The notes under the pieces were generated by a model. It did no database searches and was not told the DNA's origin. It saw nothing but the letters and a program-made list of their open reading frames with translations. Both the position numbers and the translations under genes were made by a program. A stretch of 64,000 nt of DNA, from contig CM075977.1 in assembly GCA_038087875.1 (NCBI GenBank), positions 91,450,001 through 91,514,000 on the forward strand. The letters are read 5' to 3'. Source of the stretch: Malacoraja senta (taxonomy: Eukaryota). Positions 49,910-61,675 of the stretch are shown in pieces (the stretch's first letter is position 1; every line of letters starts with the position of its first letter).

Positions 49910-50721
49910 ATGTCACCATGCCTGCCAGTAAGAGTGTGCCAATGATATATTTGCCTTGTATGGCGAATAGCAAAGTGTGTGCAGGCTGTGAGATATAAAC
50001 GTGAGGAGCTGGCATGTTAATTGTGTGAGGACTTGGTGGATGTTAGATAAGAGTCTGATTGATAGAGTTAGTTGATGGGTGAATGTTAGGATATGACATT
50101 TGAAGGCATGTTCACTGACCTCAACCATAAATGAGAATGGATTATTCTTGAACTACTTAAGGGACTGCATCCAGACCCTCTAGTCATAACTCCCGGGACT
50201 GATCATCAAAGTTGCCTTTATTCCTGGTGCTGGAGAAACCCCCACAGAAATAATTCATCACTCCTCCTCCTGATCTCCTGCACCACGGCCTCCAATTCAG
50301 TACATGGAAACCTCAGAACATGCGCGCTCCTGTCTCAGGCCACAATTTTCTTTGTAAAATTACAGTCATGGAGGTATGCAGCAGGAAAATAGGCCCTTCA
50401 GCCCAACCTATCCATGCCAACCAAGTAGCAGTTACATCCACCATCTGATGCAGGCAAGATACATCCCTTTAATTGTTCTTGCTTGGCTTTAAGCAGTTTG
50501 GGCGAATGTGAATGGCACTAACCAATAAAAATGTGGGGCTTCCATTGATGAGTTAAATCTTTAAAGAGCACATGTTGAATGCTGAGGTGTTTATGTTAAC
50601 AGGAGGTATGAATCGGGAATGCTGCTTGCATTGGGTCCAATGGATTAATATTAACAGACGGTCACAAACCCAGCATCTGTTTTCAGATGCTATCCTTTTT
50701 AACTCTTCCTGAACCTCAGAA

Positions 50722-51000
50722 ACGGCACGGTGGCGCGGGGGTTGAGTTGCTGCCTTCCAGCACCGGGTTCGATCCTGACTGTCTGTGTGGAGTATGCACA
50801 TTCATCCTGTGACTGTGTGGGCTTTCTCCAGGTGCTCCAGTTTCACAGACATGGAGGTTTGTAGGTCAATTGGCCTCTGTAAATTGTCCCCAGAGTTTAG
50901 GATAGAACTAGTGAATGGAGTGATTGTTGGTCAGTGTGGACTCGGTGGGTTGAAGGGCCTGTTCCCATGCTGTATCTCTAAACTAAACTAAGACTGAACT
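50722..51000 (+). mobile_element. tRNA-derived SINE
   Basis: B box GGTTCGATCC; (CTAAA)n tail. Confidence 0.82.
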
Positions 51001-51779
51001 CTAACCAGACCAAAAGACCAGGACCCACCCACCTTATTCTATACTACTTGTCTTTTTCTTCTTAATGTCCATCATTGTTTCACCTTTCGTTCCAAACTGC
51101 GACTGACACCAATTCAGTAGTCACCACGAAGGAACCAATTCATCCTCTAACAATTAATAACACTTACAATTAAGGAATAGTTTAATTCTCCTAATGCTGT
51201 AAATTGCCTTTATATGGACATTTTTATGATGCAATAATAAGACACTGAAACAAGGAAGACAGCCAAGCTAGAAAGGATGACAGAGTGACAGACTAATTAA
51301 ATCCTTCAGTCATCCCTTCTTTGCTCCGCAGAATGCTACTACTCTTATAAAAACATGACAAGGGGCCTATAATATTAATGGAGATTCCTGCGGTTTGCGA
51401 ATACATGTAAAATATTTTTATTCCACATCGTCGTGAAATGCCCGAAGCAATTTAATATAAATTGAAAACTTATGGATGGTGAAATAAATCCCAAAGAGTT
51501 TGTTTCTCGAAGCAGTAGGGAATGCAACTCCTCACAACCAATTTAAGCTTCATTAATGTTGTGTTGTTTCTTTATGGGAGTAATTTTACTTTCCCTGCAA
51601 AGTTGCACGGAGACTGGGCTGAGACCTGAGGCCTGATCAGGAAACTCATGTGAATTTAAGCAATTTCTTAGTATAATCAAGAAACACCATGTGGTGATTT
51701 ATTTATGACAAGCTCAGATGAACATTTTTATATTTAATAATAATATACTTTTAAACTCCAAGATGGTGTCCCCACCCCA

Positions 51780-52212
51780 TTCTTTATTTATTTCAGAAAG
51801 AAACATTATTCAGAAAAAAAGTTAAAAAACAAACACCGCACAAAACGCTTAATACATTCTTAGTGCCTGTACATTCAATATTTCTTGTGTTACACCCAGT
51901 AATATTAGAATCTCTCATTTTCCTCAAACATAGCATCATTCCCACTCATATAGCGGGATGGGAGATTGCAACCTTCATGTAGTCCACCGTGTTTCGACTA
52001 ATGCAATCAACCCGACGTGCACAAACAAATAGGTATAGTGTTTTGTTAGGCTGTGCACACCATATGCAAGAAGAAAAATACTCATATAGTGCTCCTGTAG
52101 TGATATCCCTTCCCTCGTTCGAGGGGAGTCCCCACTGGACTCAGCCCCTCATTGCGCACCAACAGGAGGATCCAGGCCTGTGGTCTTCCCTCACCCAAAA
52201 TCATTGCTTGGT
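51780..52212 (-). mobile_element. Probable Tx1-type 3' end with a 126-bp nested insertion (51954-52079)
   Basis: Minus GKTTG-like ORF end and AATAAA tail; insert flanked by ACTCATATAG (51944-53, 52080-89). Confidence 0.5.
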
Positions 52213-53327
52213 CTAGTTAGTGAGGGATCCAGCAAATGTAACCATTTTTGTATGGCCTCTCCACCAAAGTCACAGTGAGTGAGTTGCAGAAATTCAGCTG
52301 CACAGCATCTTGTGTTCAGTTTCAGAACCCAGTTTGAATAGTATTAGGCACCGGTTATCTCCGAATGTGTGATTAGCTCTGCATTGTCCTTATGAAATAT
52401 TCATTTCTCCTCCCCCTCCCAACCCCAACCCCCCCGCCCCCCCCCCCCCCCCCAGTGATTTCACCTCATGAACAGCAAAGATTTCACCTCATGAACACCA
52501 ACATCACTGTCAAACAATTGTACTAATGTTAATTGTGGCAGTACAGCTCAAATTTTAGTCTCAATTCTTCAGATTAGGTCAGCGTCTGATCCATTTTTGT
52601 GTAAATCTTCCAAATAATCAGGGCACATGAGATGTTGCTAGGCAACGAGACTACCTCCCTTGAACATTATTCCAGTGTCTGTTGTTTGACAATAGTCGGG
52701 TGATGAACGCTGCCATTTAGGCGAAAACTGTAAATGTTTATCGTCTGCCTGAAAGGCAATGTAACCCTTTAAACACGGAATATTCTGGAAAGCATTAGCA
52801 AAACAAACTGCCATCAAATCCCACATTATATATGTAATACTAGAACGATTGCCTTTACTCAGCAATGGAGTCATTCCACCCTTGTCAGTGAAAATTAATG
52901 TCCTTGCTGTTAATTTCCCTGGCAGCTATCCCGATAGGCCACTATAACACTTTCAAGTCTGTCCGGAATTTTCTCCGAAATGCCGCTGAAATTATGTCAA
53001 CCATTAAGGAGGCGTGCAGACTGTAACATATCAGAAGGGTTTCTACAAAGTGGAGGGAGAGCCTGGATCCCTGCAGATCTGCTGCGGCAAAGACTCAATG
53101 GTGTCTGTGTCATATCAAAGACAGCACATACCACATTTTCCTAGTATTTCTGTTCCTCTTCCATTGACTTTATAGTGTGCATGCTTAAATCACATAAAAG
53201 TTCGTAACCTAACATCACATACATTTTTGCCATTGAAGCTGCCCACAATAACCTGCTGATCCATAGAGCAGAATGCCCCAATGCTGTTGGAGTATTTAAA
53301 ACATTATTTTTATGTTTTTAAAAGAAT

Positions 53328-54015
53328 ATTGATTGATTGATTGATTGATTGATTAGATTTTATTGTCATTTGAACCTCAAAGAGGCTCAAACGAAATTCC
53401 ATTTCCACAGCCATACAAACAAAACAATTCGTACACGACACACAAACAATTCAATCTACAGAAAAACATCCATCACAGTGAATCTCCTCCTCACTGTGTT
53501 GGAAGGCAAAGTCTTTTCTCTCCCCTGCACTCCCCATTCTCCTCCTGATGTTGAAGCCCCAGGCGGGCAATGTTAAGTTCCACGGCCATTGAGGCCGCGC
53601 CGGGCGGTGTACGGCCTCGCTCCGGGCCCAAAAGTCACAAGGCTGGAGCCCCCGACGGGCGCTGGAATGTCCCGCCGCCATTAAAGCCGCACCGGGCGAT
53701 GTACGGCCTGCTCCGGGTCGTTCCAACCCCGCGACACGGGCGGGAGAAGTTGCATTGCGGGAGCTCCGAAAACCGGTCTCTCACCTGGACCCGCAAGCTC
53801 CCGATGTCACAGTCCACGGGTCTGCAGCTGCAGCTTGAGCTCCAGAGCCGGGCCGCAGCAGCGAGCCACCACCGCTCCTCACGCTCCGAGGCTGGCCAGC
53901 CCCATGATGGTAAGTCCGCAGCTCCGCAGGCTCCGCAACTGGATCCCCCAGGTTGTCCCGGTCGGAGGCCGCTCCACGGAGCTAGGCCCCAACGACAACG
54001 GAGACCCGACAGGGA
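53328..54015 (-). mobile_element. GC-rich retroposon with Rex/Babar-type tail and (TTGA)n
   Basis: Minus GCCTTCCAACACAGTGAGG..GTATGGCTGTGG..TGACAATAAA. Confidence 0.72.
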
Positions 54016-54412
54016 AATAACAGACTAAGCAATCAATTACCATGTGACCCATTCTTTCCAAAGCATTTAAAGTCATTCATATGCTGTCGAAAGCAACGCC
54101 TGATTTTATTACAGGAACAGGAGTGGGCCAGGTAGCTCATAAAACATATTATGTACACACTGCACAAACATTTTTTGCTTTGATGTTACAAGCGAGTAGA
54201 TAAAGGAAAGCGTGTTGGCAAAATGGCTAAAGTCTGTGCTAGACTTGGGTGCAATGAGAGAGGGTTCATTAGTAATCAGATAATAAGGAATCCTTTGCAA
54301 AAAGTACACCAATATAATAAATTTATTTTATTTAGATTATTAGGGACAGGATTTAATTAGAAACTAGACTCTTCAACTTAAATAAAGCTTGTTACATCGT
54401 AATGAGAAGTAT

Positions 54413-54501
54413 GACACAAAATGCTGGAGTAACTCAGCGGGACAGACAGCATCTCTGGAGAGAAGGAATGGGCGACGTTTCGGGTCAAGACCCTTCTTCA
54501 G
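54413..54501 (-). ncRNA. 89-bp Penelope-derived insertion starting at an intact minimal hammerhead core (54474-54501)
   Basis: Minus CTGAAGA A GGGT CTTG ACCC GAAA CG TC; perfect TSD AATGAGAAGTAT (54401-12, 54502-13). Confidence 0.7.
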
Positions 54502-55560
54502 AATGAGAAGTATATTGGCTAAAGTGTATTTAGTATATTGTATTATATTGTGTTATATTGGCTAAAGTGATTGGAAGATTAGATAGAATATTTGTCCACA
54601 GATCAGTAACAACTAAAATTTAAAGAGATATTTCCAGAAACATGTTTCAAGATGTTTGAGAAAAAAATGGTTTATCCATTTCTAACATAGGAGATTGATG
54701 ATAATGTTGGATTAAATTGGATTGCAAAGGAAGTATATAGGCAAATCCCCCAGGGGTTGGTACGAGGAACATTTCTACTCTTAATATATACTGGGCGGAC
54801 TGGAAATGATTTTCAAATCTGCAGATTGACACAAAAATTGAAGTGTGAGGAGGAAAGTAATGTATTTCTGAAAGATAATCTGGCACAATAGGCAGACATA
54901 GCAGGTGAAATTTAACTAAAAAAGTGGGCAATATTTCATTTTGCTAGGAAGAACAAGAAGAATAGTATAAGCTGGAGGGTAAACTTCTAAATGTGCTACA
55001 GGAGTAGAGACTTCAAGGATTTAGGTACACCGTTTGTATAAAATCCTAGTGCTCATTGAGAAAGTGCTTAAAGAAGCATACATGAGCTTTAGAAAAGAGG
55101 CGTGGAAGATAAGAGCCAAGAAATGATGAAACCTTATAATACATTGGTTCAACCATAACTGCAGTATTGTGTCCATTTCTGGGCATCACACTTTGTACAG
55201 ACATAAAGAATTCTTAGAGGGTGCTGAAAGGATTTACTAAAATGATTTCATGGATGAGGGACTTTAGTTGTCTAAATAGGCTGGGGAATGTAGGGCTTTT
55301 CTCCTTGGAATGGAGAAGGTTGAAAGGGGATCTGCTCGAGGTGTTTTAAATCATTTAAAGATTATGTCGAAATAAATAGTTCCCCATCATGGAAGTGTCA
55401 AGAATCGGGAGGCAGAATTATGGTGATTGGAAAAAGAACAAAATAATGAAATGAGAAGAAAATGTTAACACAGCAAATGATTAGTGCCTGTAATGCACTG
55501 CCAAAGGCAGAAATGGAGGCAGATTCAACTGTGGGGTTCAAAAGGGAAATGAATAAGTAC

Positions 55561-55737
55561 TGTGTGTAAGAAGGAACTGCAGATGCTGGTTTGAACCGAA
55601 GATAGACACAAAAAGCTTGAGTAACTCAGCGGGACTGGCAGCATCTCTGGAGAGAAGGAATGGGTGACGTTTCTGAAGAAGGGTCTCGACCCGAAACGTC
55701 ACCCATTCCTTCTCTCCAGAGATGCTGCCTGTCCCGC
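55561..55737. repeat. Palindromic Penelope repeat pair with 11-bp TSD
   Basis: TGAATAAGTAC at 55550-60 and 55738-48; inverted arms of ~50 bp. Confidence 0.87.
55673..55700 (+). ncRNA. Minimal type I hammerhead ribozyme motif, best copy
   Basis: CTGAAGA A GGGT CTCG ACCC GAAA CG TC: both conserved boxes, 4-bp stem II, GUC triplet, palindromic ACGT in place of stem III. Confidence 0.65.
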
Positions 55738-56444
55738 TGAATAAGTACAGTACCTGAATGAGAAGAAATCGCAAGGCTATGCGGACGTGGCTGAGAGTTG
55801 GACTAACCGGCTTGGTCGTAATGGGCTGATATAGACTCAACAGGATCGGTACTGCTTTGTAAATAATTGTGCTGTAGCTTTACTGTGAGTTTGAGAAGAG
55901 GCTTGTACTTTTGCCAAGAAACGTGCTGGGGCTCAGAACTAGGAGAGTATGACAAGAATCAAAGCATGACCAATATCATTGATAATGGGAGGAATTACAA
56001 AATATGAATAACAGCAAGAAATTTGATTTTTAAAAGTCCATTAATTGTTTGTAGAAAAGTATAAAAAGGAAGACTGCGGATAAAAAAAATTAATGTGAAT
56101 TTCATAGAAATTAGGCTGAAAATTATTGTGTTATCACTAGAAGACAAAATAAAAAAACACCAAAACATCATGGAGATGTTGACAGTAACAAAGAACTTAA
56201 AGCCATTACGAACACCAACAAAGAACAAGGCCTTTCAGCCCATCAAATCCATGCTTGTTCCCAGCAGTAGAATCCCACCAAATTCATTCCCCCTCTCTTT
56301 ATTTCCCATTCACCTGGGAAAATATTCCCTCTCTCTTGCCCTTTAATTTTTTTCCTGCTAATCTACACTAAAGATTAATTGATAGTAATCTATTAATGTA
56401 TCAGCATATCTTTGAGAGACAGACAAAAGCTGGAGAATCTGTTA

Positions 56445-56985
56445 GCAACCCAGGGGAGTATTGTAGAGCAGAGGGATCTAGGAGTGCAGGTAAAAGTGGC
56501 ATCACAGGTAGATAGGGTGATCAAGAAGGCTTTCATCAGTCAGGGTCTTGAATATAGAAGTTGGGATGTAATATTACAGTTGTACAAGACATTGGTAAGG
56601 CCGTATTTCGAGTATTGTGTTCAGCTTTGGTCAGCCGGCTATATGAAGGGTGTCATTAAACTGGAAAGAGTGCAGAGAAGATTTATGAAGATTTTGCCAA
56701 TGCTTAAGGGCCTGAGCTATAGGGAGAGCTTGAGCAGGCTTGGACTTTATTCCTTGGAGTGCAGGAAGCTGTGGGGTGATCTATATGGAACCCAGAGGAG
56801 GTCATTGAGCCAGGTACTATAACAACATTGAAAATACATTTGGTCCGGTACATGGATAGAAAAACTTAGAGGGATATGGGCCAAACGAGAGCACATGTAA
56901 CTAGCAAAAATGGGAATCTTGGTCGGCATGAGCAAGTTGGGCCAAAGGGCCTGCTTCCATGCTGTATGCCTCTATGACTCTATGA
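56445..56985 (+). mobile_element. Older CR1 3' fragment (further remnants ~57050-57900)
   Basis: ORF 56412..56822 QRDLGVQV, LYKTLVRPYFEYCVQLWS. Confidence 0.87.
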
Positions 56986-58307
56986 TAGAAAGTTACTGTT
57001 AATTAATCTTTACTGTAGGTAAGTACAAAAGAAGCAAAGTCGGATTTGATGTTCACTGGGTTCAATGAAGGTCTGCCCTATGAGAAGTAGTTAAGTAAAA
57101 TTTGTCTTGACGAGGAATGAGCAGAGCTCTCATTGAAACAAACAGCAGTCACTGAAGACTTGATGAGGTAGATACTGAGAGTCTATTTTGCTAGGCTGGA
57201 GAATCTAAATCGAGGGAACATAGATTCAGGTTAAGAAGTGACATTTTTAGGACTGAGATGAGGATAATCTCTTAACCCAGAGAGATCTAAATCATTGAAA
57301 TTCTCTGCCAGAGGGGGTTGTGGATGCTCAGTCACCGATGATATTCAAGACTGAGATCAATAAGTTATTTAATCTAATATTGCAGTGCTTATGAAACTGC
57401 ACTGTTCTGCATAATTTCTTAAGAATGTCAGTGACTGCAGCATAAGGAGTGAATAAGGACATGGTCGATTTTATCATATACATTTCTTATTGTACGCCTA
57501 TTAGACTTCAGAGGAACATAATCTATGACTTTAACAGGCAGTGGGAAAATGGGTATATGATGAACTAGCATTGGATGGATCAGGCATGAAGATTGCAAAC
57601 TTTCGAATGATGATTGAGCATTGGTTGAGATACATCTGGTCAATGTGGTTTTATTCTAGGTGTTTTTAAATGATGAAACCTTCAGAGCACACATGCGGAA
57701 ATTAAGCAAAAATATGGATTTTCCAGAGACACTTGATTAGGTACCACAAGAGAGGTTGTTACATAAAATAAGGGTTGGGAGTAATACATTAGTAGGAATA
57801 CATCATGAGTTACAGAACGGAAAACACATTGTAGAAAAATATCTTATTGTACCAAATATGAAAATCAGTGAAGGGGTGGTTGGGAATGGTGCTAGTTGAT
57901 TTACTAACAGGTCAGAGTTACATTGGGAGGAAGGTTTAGGGTGGCATGTTGCCTCTTGTAACTGGATAAATGGAAGAGCTTTAGAGCTAAGTATGGGGGG
58001 CATGTCAGGCTAAGTCAGGACTACATGCAGGGTTAGCACAGTGGTATTCAATGATGGCACAGTAGCACAGCTGGTGGAGCTGCTGCCTCACAATGCCAGA
58101 GACAAGGATTCAATCCTAACTTTGGGTGTTGTCTGTGTGTAATTTGCACATTTTCGCTGATCATCATGGTCTCAGTGGGCCGAAAGGACTGTCTCCATGC
58201 TGCATCTTTAAACTAACTTAAAAAGTGAGGGGGGTTTTTCACTAAAAAACAATTACAGTCATTCACATGTCTCTTCAGAATGATTAGAGACTCGTAAGAC
58301 AACTTAC

Positions 58308-58386
58308 CTCTGATTAAAGTTGACAGATCAGTGAAAGAAGCCTTCATGCGGATCTTAGGAAGTAGGAGCTGTCCCTTTTCTCTCCA
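58308..58386 (-). CDS. Candidate 79-nt internal host exon, unidentified
   Basis: CCTTACATCTTGCATTTTTTTGGTTAG acceptor, AG|GTAAGT donor, one open frame WREKGQLLLPKIRMKASFTDLSTLIR. Confidence 0.35.
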
Positions 58387-58472
58387 CTAACCAAAAAAAT
58401 GCAAGATGTAAGGCACCTCAACCTCCCTCATTGGTCACTGGCAATAGTCACCATGACTATTTTTGTATGCGT

Positions 58473-59265
58473 TGAATGAATGAATGAATGAATAAGTTTA
58501 TTGGTCAAGTATTCACATACAAGGAATTTGCCTTGGTGCTCCACCCGCAAGTGACAACATGACATACAGTGACAGTTAGGAATGACACATAAAACATTAA
58601 ACATTAATAATAAAACATTATTGATTAAACATGTGATTTAAATAAAATACCAGAGCAAAAGGAGACTACAGATTTTTGGTTATTGAGTAGAGCTACTACT
58701 CGTGGAAAAAACTGTTTTTATGTCTGGCTGTGGCAGCTTTGGCAGCTTTGACAGTCCGGAGTCGCCTTCCAGAGGGAAGTGATTCAAAGAGTTTGTGGCC
58801 AGGGTGAGAGGGATCAGAGATGATCTTACCCACTCACTTCCTGGCCCTTGCAGTGTACAGTTCATCAATGGAGGGAAGGTTGCAGCCAAGAACCTTCTCA
58901 ACTGATCTGACGATTCGCTGCAGCCTCCAGATGTCGTGCTTGGTGGCTGAGCCAAACCAGACCATGATGGAGAAGGTGAGGACAGACTCTACAATGGCTG
59001 TATAGAAATGGACCATCATTGGCTGTGGCAGATTGTGCTTCCTCAGCTGCTGCAGGAAGTACATCCTCTGTTGGGCCTTTTTGACTGTGGTGTCGATGGT
59101 GGCCCTCTATTTAAGGTCCTTGGAGATGATGGTCCCCAGGAACTTAAAAGACTCCACAGATGTGACGTGTTGTTGGTGAGTGGGGTGGGGGAGGGGGAGA
59201 TCTTCTAAAGTCTACAATCAATTCCACTGCCTTAAGAGCATTGAGCTCCAGCCAAGTTGAGCATA
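58473..59265 (-). mobile_element. Rex/Babar LINE 3' portion
   Basis: ORF 58834..59064 YFLQQLRK.NL...FYTAIVESVLTFSI.VWFG; (TGAA)n tail. Confidence 0.9.
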
Positions 59266-59683
59266 ACAATAAGGGTGTGCCATCTGTTTATGTGAGGATT
59301 AGTGGTGGCACGCAGTCAGCATATGGAGGCGGCAGAGTGACTGATGAAACAACATTGGCATTAAGCTGATTAGCACTGAACTGAACACTACCATTGACAA
59401 TGCCTTCTTTCCAATTATTCTCCCAGAGGTGGAAATTCTACCATGCAATTAAACAAAAAGCTTTCACTGCATTTTCTATGGATTGGCTCAATTTGTTTTC
59501 TTTATGCTTCATAACTTTATATTCATCTGTTAACAATCTTGATTTTTCATTGCACCATTGTGGAATTATTTACAAAGTAACAAAATGGCAATTCGAATTT
59601 CACTGTACCTTAATTGGTACATGTCTGTGTGAAAACTTGAAACTTGTTTAACTTAAAAAAAGGTAAGATCTCTATGATCGAAT

Positions 59684-59952
59684 AGGGCGGCACAACAGCG
59701 CCAGAGACCCGGGTTTGATCCCGACTGTGGGTGCTGTCGGTATGGACTTTGTACATTCTCCCATGACTGCGTGAGTTTTCCCCGGGGGCTCCGGTTTCCT
59801 CCAACACTCCAAAGACATGCAGGTTTGTAGGTTATTTGGCTTCAGTAAAGATTGTAATTTGTCCCTAGTGCGAGTGTACGGGGATCGCTGGTCGGTGTGG
59901 CCTCGGTAGGCCGAAGGGCCTGTTTCTACGCTGTATCTCTAAATTAACCTAA
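59684..59952 (+). mobile_element. tRNA-derived SINE (another at ~58055-58220)
   Basis: B box, core and tail; head partly deleted. Confidence 0.82.
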
Positions 59953-60921
59953 AAAGAGGACTTTCCATTTGAAGGAAGAAATCTAAAATGCGACCTTCAG
60001 CTGAATTTTACACCCTTTGTTTAAGAGGAAGGAGGGAAAACAGGTTCATAGGAGAATTTCTCATGTTACTGAAATACCTTGCGTGGAATTTTCCTGCAAC
60101 TATGATATTGGCAACAAGTCATCATATGCAACATAATCTCCCAAGGCAGAACATTGAAATTTGCTGCTCAAGATAGAATGACGTCAGATCCATCAGTCTT
60201 TCTGTTCATAAACACCAACAACAGACTAATAAAAGGCAGTGTTATCAAAGGTTCATATTTTCTCAACAACAATGTTTGACAGAATTATTTGCATATAACT
60301 TGTGCTTACACACAATGTGTAACTGTTGAACTGATGAGCAAATTCAGACCACACAGAGCTGATGTTCTAGAAAGATATATTTTTTATATGTCTATTTATT
60401 TTGTTAGCTGGTACAGAGACTCCGCACTTTTTTTCCATTGAGGTTTTATGAAAATATAACGAAACCAGAAACCTTTGTTCTTTGGTTTCTCAAATAGGCT
60501 ACAATCTCAGGGCTAGTTCTGTGTTACTACTAATGTTAATCATCCTATTACAATCATTGTTACTCAGTACTATTTTTGTAGACAAAATGTTGTCGGTATG
60601 CATGTCAGTTAAAAATTAAGATGCATCTTTCAATCAATACACTCCACTCTTCTGTTTTGATTTTGTGACCAATGAACTTTGAATTTAATAAACTGCAATG
60701 AAAAAATAAAAAATGTTAAATTAACACCTTTTTACCTTTTTAGACGTGCCGGTGTGCTGTACCTCTCGTAACGTCACAATAAACTGTTACTCATATTGGC
60801 CTGAACAAGGCCTAGAAATTCCACTACATAGGGCAATATTTATGTGCATTTCAGGATGGAATTTTATGGAAAGTTGTTCATGTAACTGTAAGAGGAAAAG
60901 GGATGTGATACAGAAATCTCT

Positions 60922-61210
60922 AAATAGACAATAGACAATAGGTGCAGGAGTAGACCATTCGGCCCTTCGAGCCAGCACCGCCATTCAATGTGATCATGGC
61001 TGATCATCCCCAATCAGTACCCCATTCCTGCCTTCTCCCCATATCCCCTGACTCCGCTATCTTTAAGAGCCCTATCTAGGTCTCTCTTGAAAGTATCCAG
61101 AGAACCGGCCTCCACCGCCCTCTGAGGCAGAGAATTCCACAGACTCACAACTCTCTGTGAGAAAAAGTGTTTCCTCGTCTCCGTTCTAAATGGCTAACCC
61201 CTTATTCTTC
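60922..61210 (-). mobile_element. CR1 subfamily B 3' fragment
   Basis: Reverse complement of the 18350-18635 type. Confidence 0.92.
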
Positions 61211-61310
61211 CACTGGAAGTATTTCATTTGAGCTATCTTGCACAACTCTCCGGGATATATAGTTCCAGGGATTCAATATCCATTAGTCAAGATGGCACTG
61301 GAGCATGTTG

Positions 61311-61675
61311 ACTAAAGCAACCTCTGGTGACCTTCCCCGCCACCCAAAATAAAAACAAGGTCGAGGTGACCTGCAACCTCCTACCACCTCCCACGCATAT
61401 GTTGAAAACCTTCCTCGACTATGAAGAAAACCGGCTTCGACTAAACCTGCGACTAAAAAATTATCGATTTTTAAAACGGCAACCAATTTTTAATCGAGGC
61501 CGGTTTTAAACATGATGAAAAATTAGCAGCAACCTAGATGAAGCCTCGACCACATGGAAACCACTTTCGACCATTAGGGAGAATGACCAAAACCTCCGGT
61601 GACCTCATTGAAACCTTGGGTGGCGGGCAAGGTCACCAGAGGTTGCTGTTTACATCTCCTAAGTGGGACAGGGGT
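61311..61675. mobile_element. Harbinger-type MITE missing its left terminal TIR
   Basis: Right end CCTAAGTGGGACAGGGGT; sub-terminal inverted repeat GCAACCTCTGGTGACCTT / AAGGTCACCAGAGGTTGC. Confidence 0.75.

Larger units (their letters stand above)
54700..55850 (+). mobile_element. Very old CR1
   Basis: Decayed LYNTLVQP.LQYCVHFWA and LGLFSLE.RRLKGDL motifs. Confidence 0.75.

Noticed and set aside
60720-60790. Plus-strand splice acceptor with nearby AATAAA
   Set aside because: Downstream CTGTACCTC..GTCACAATAAA resembles a Rex/Babar tail remnant
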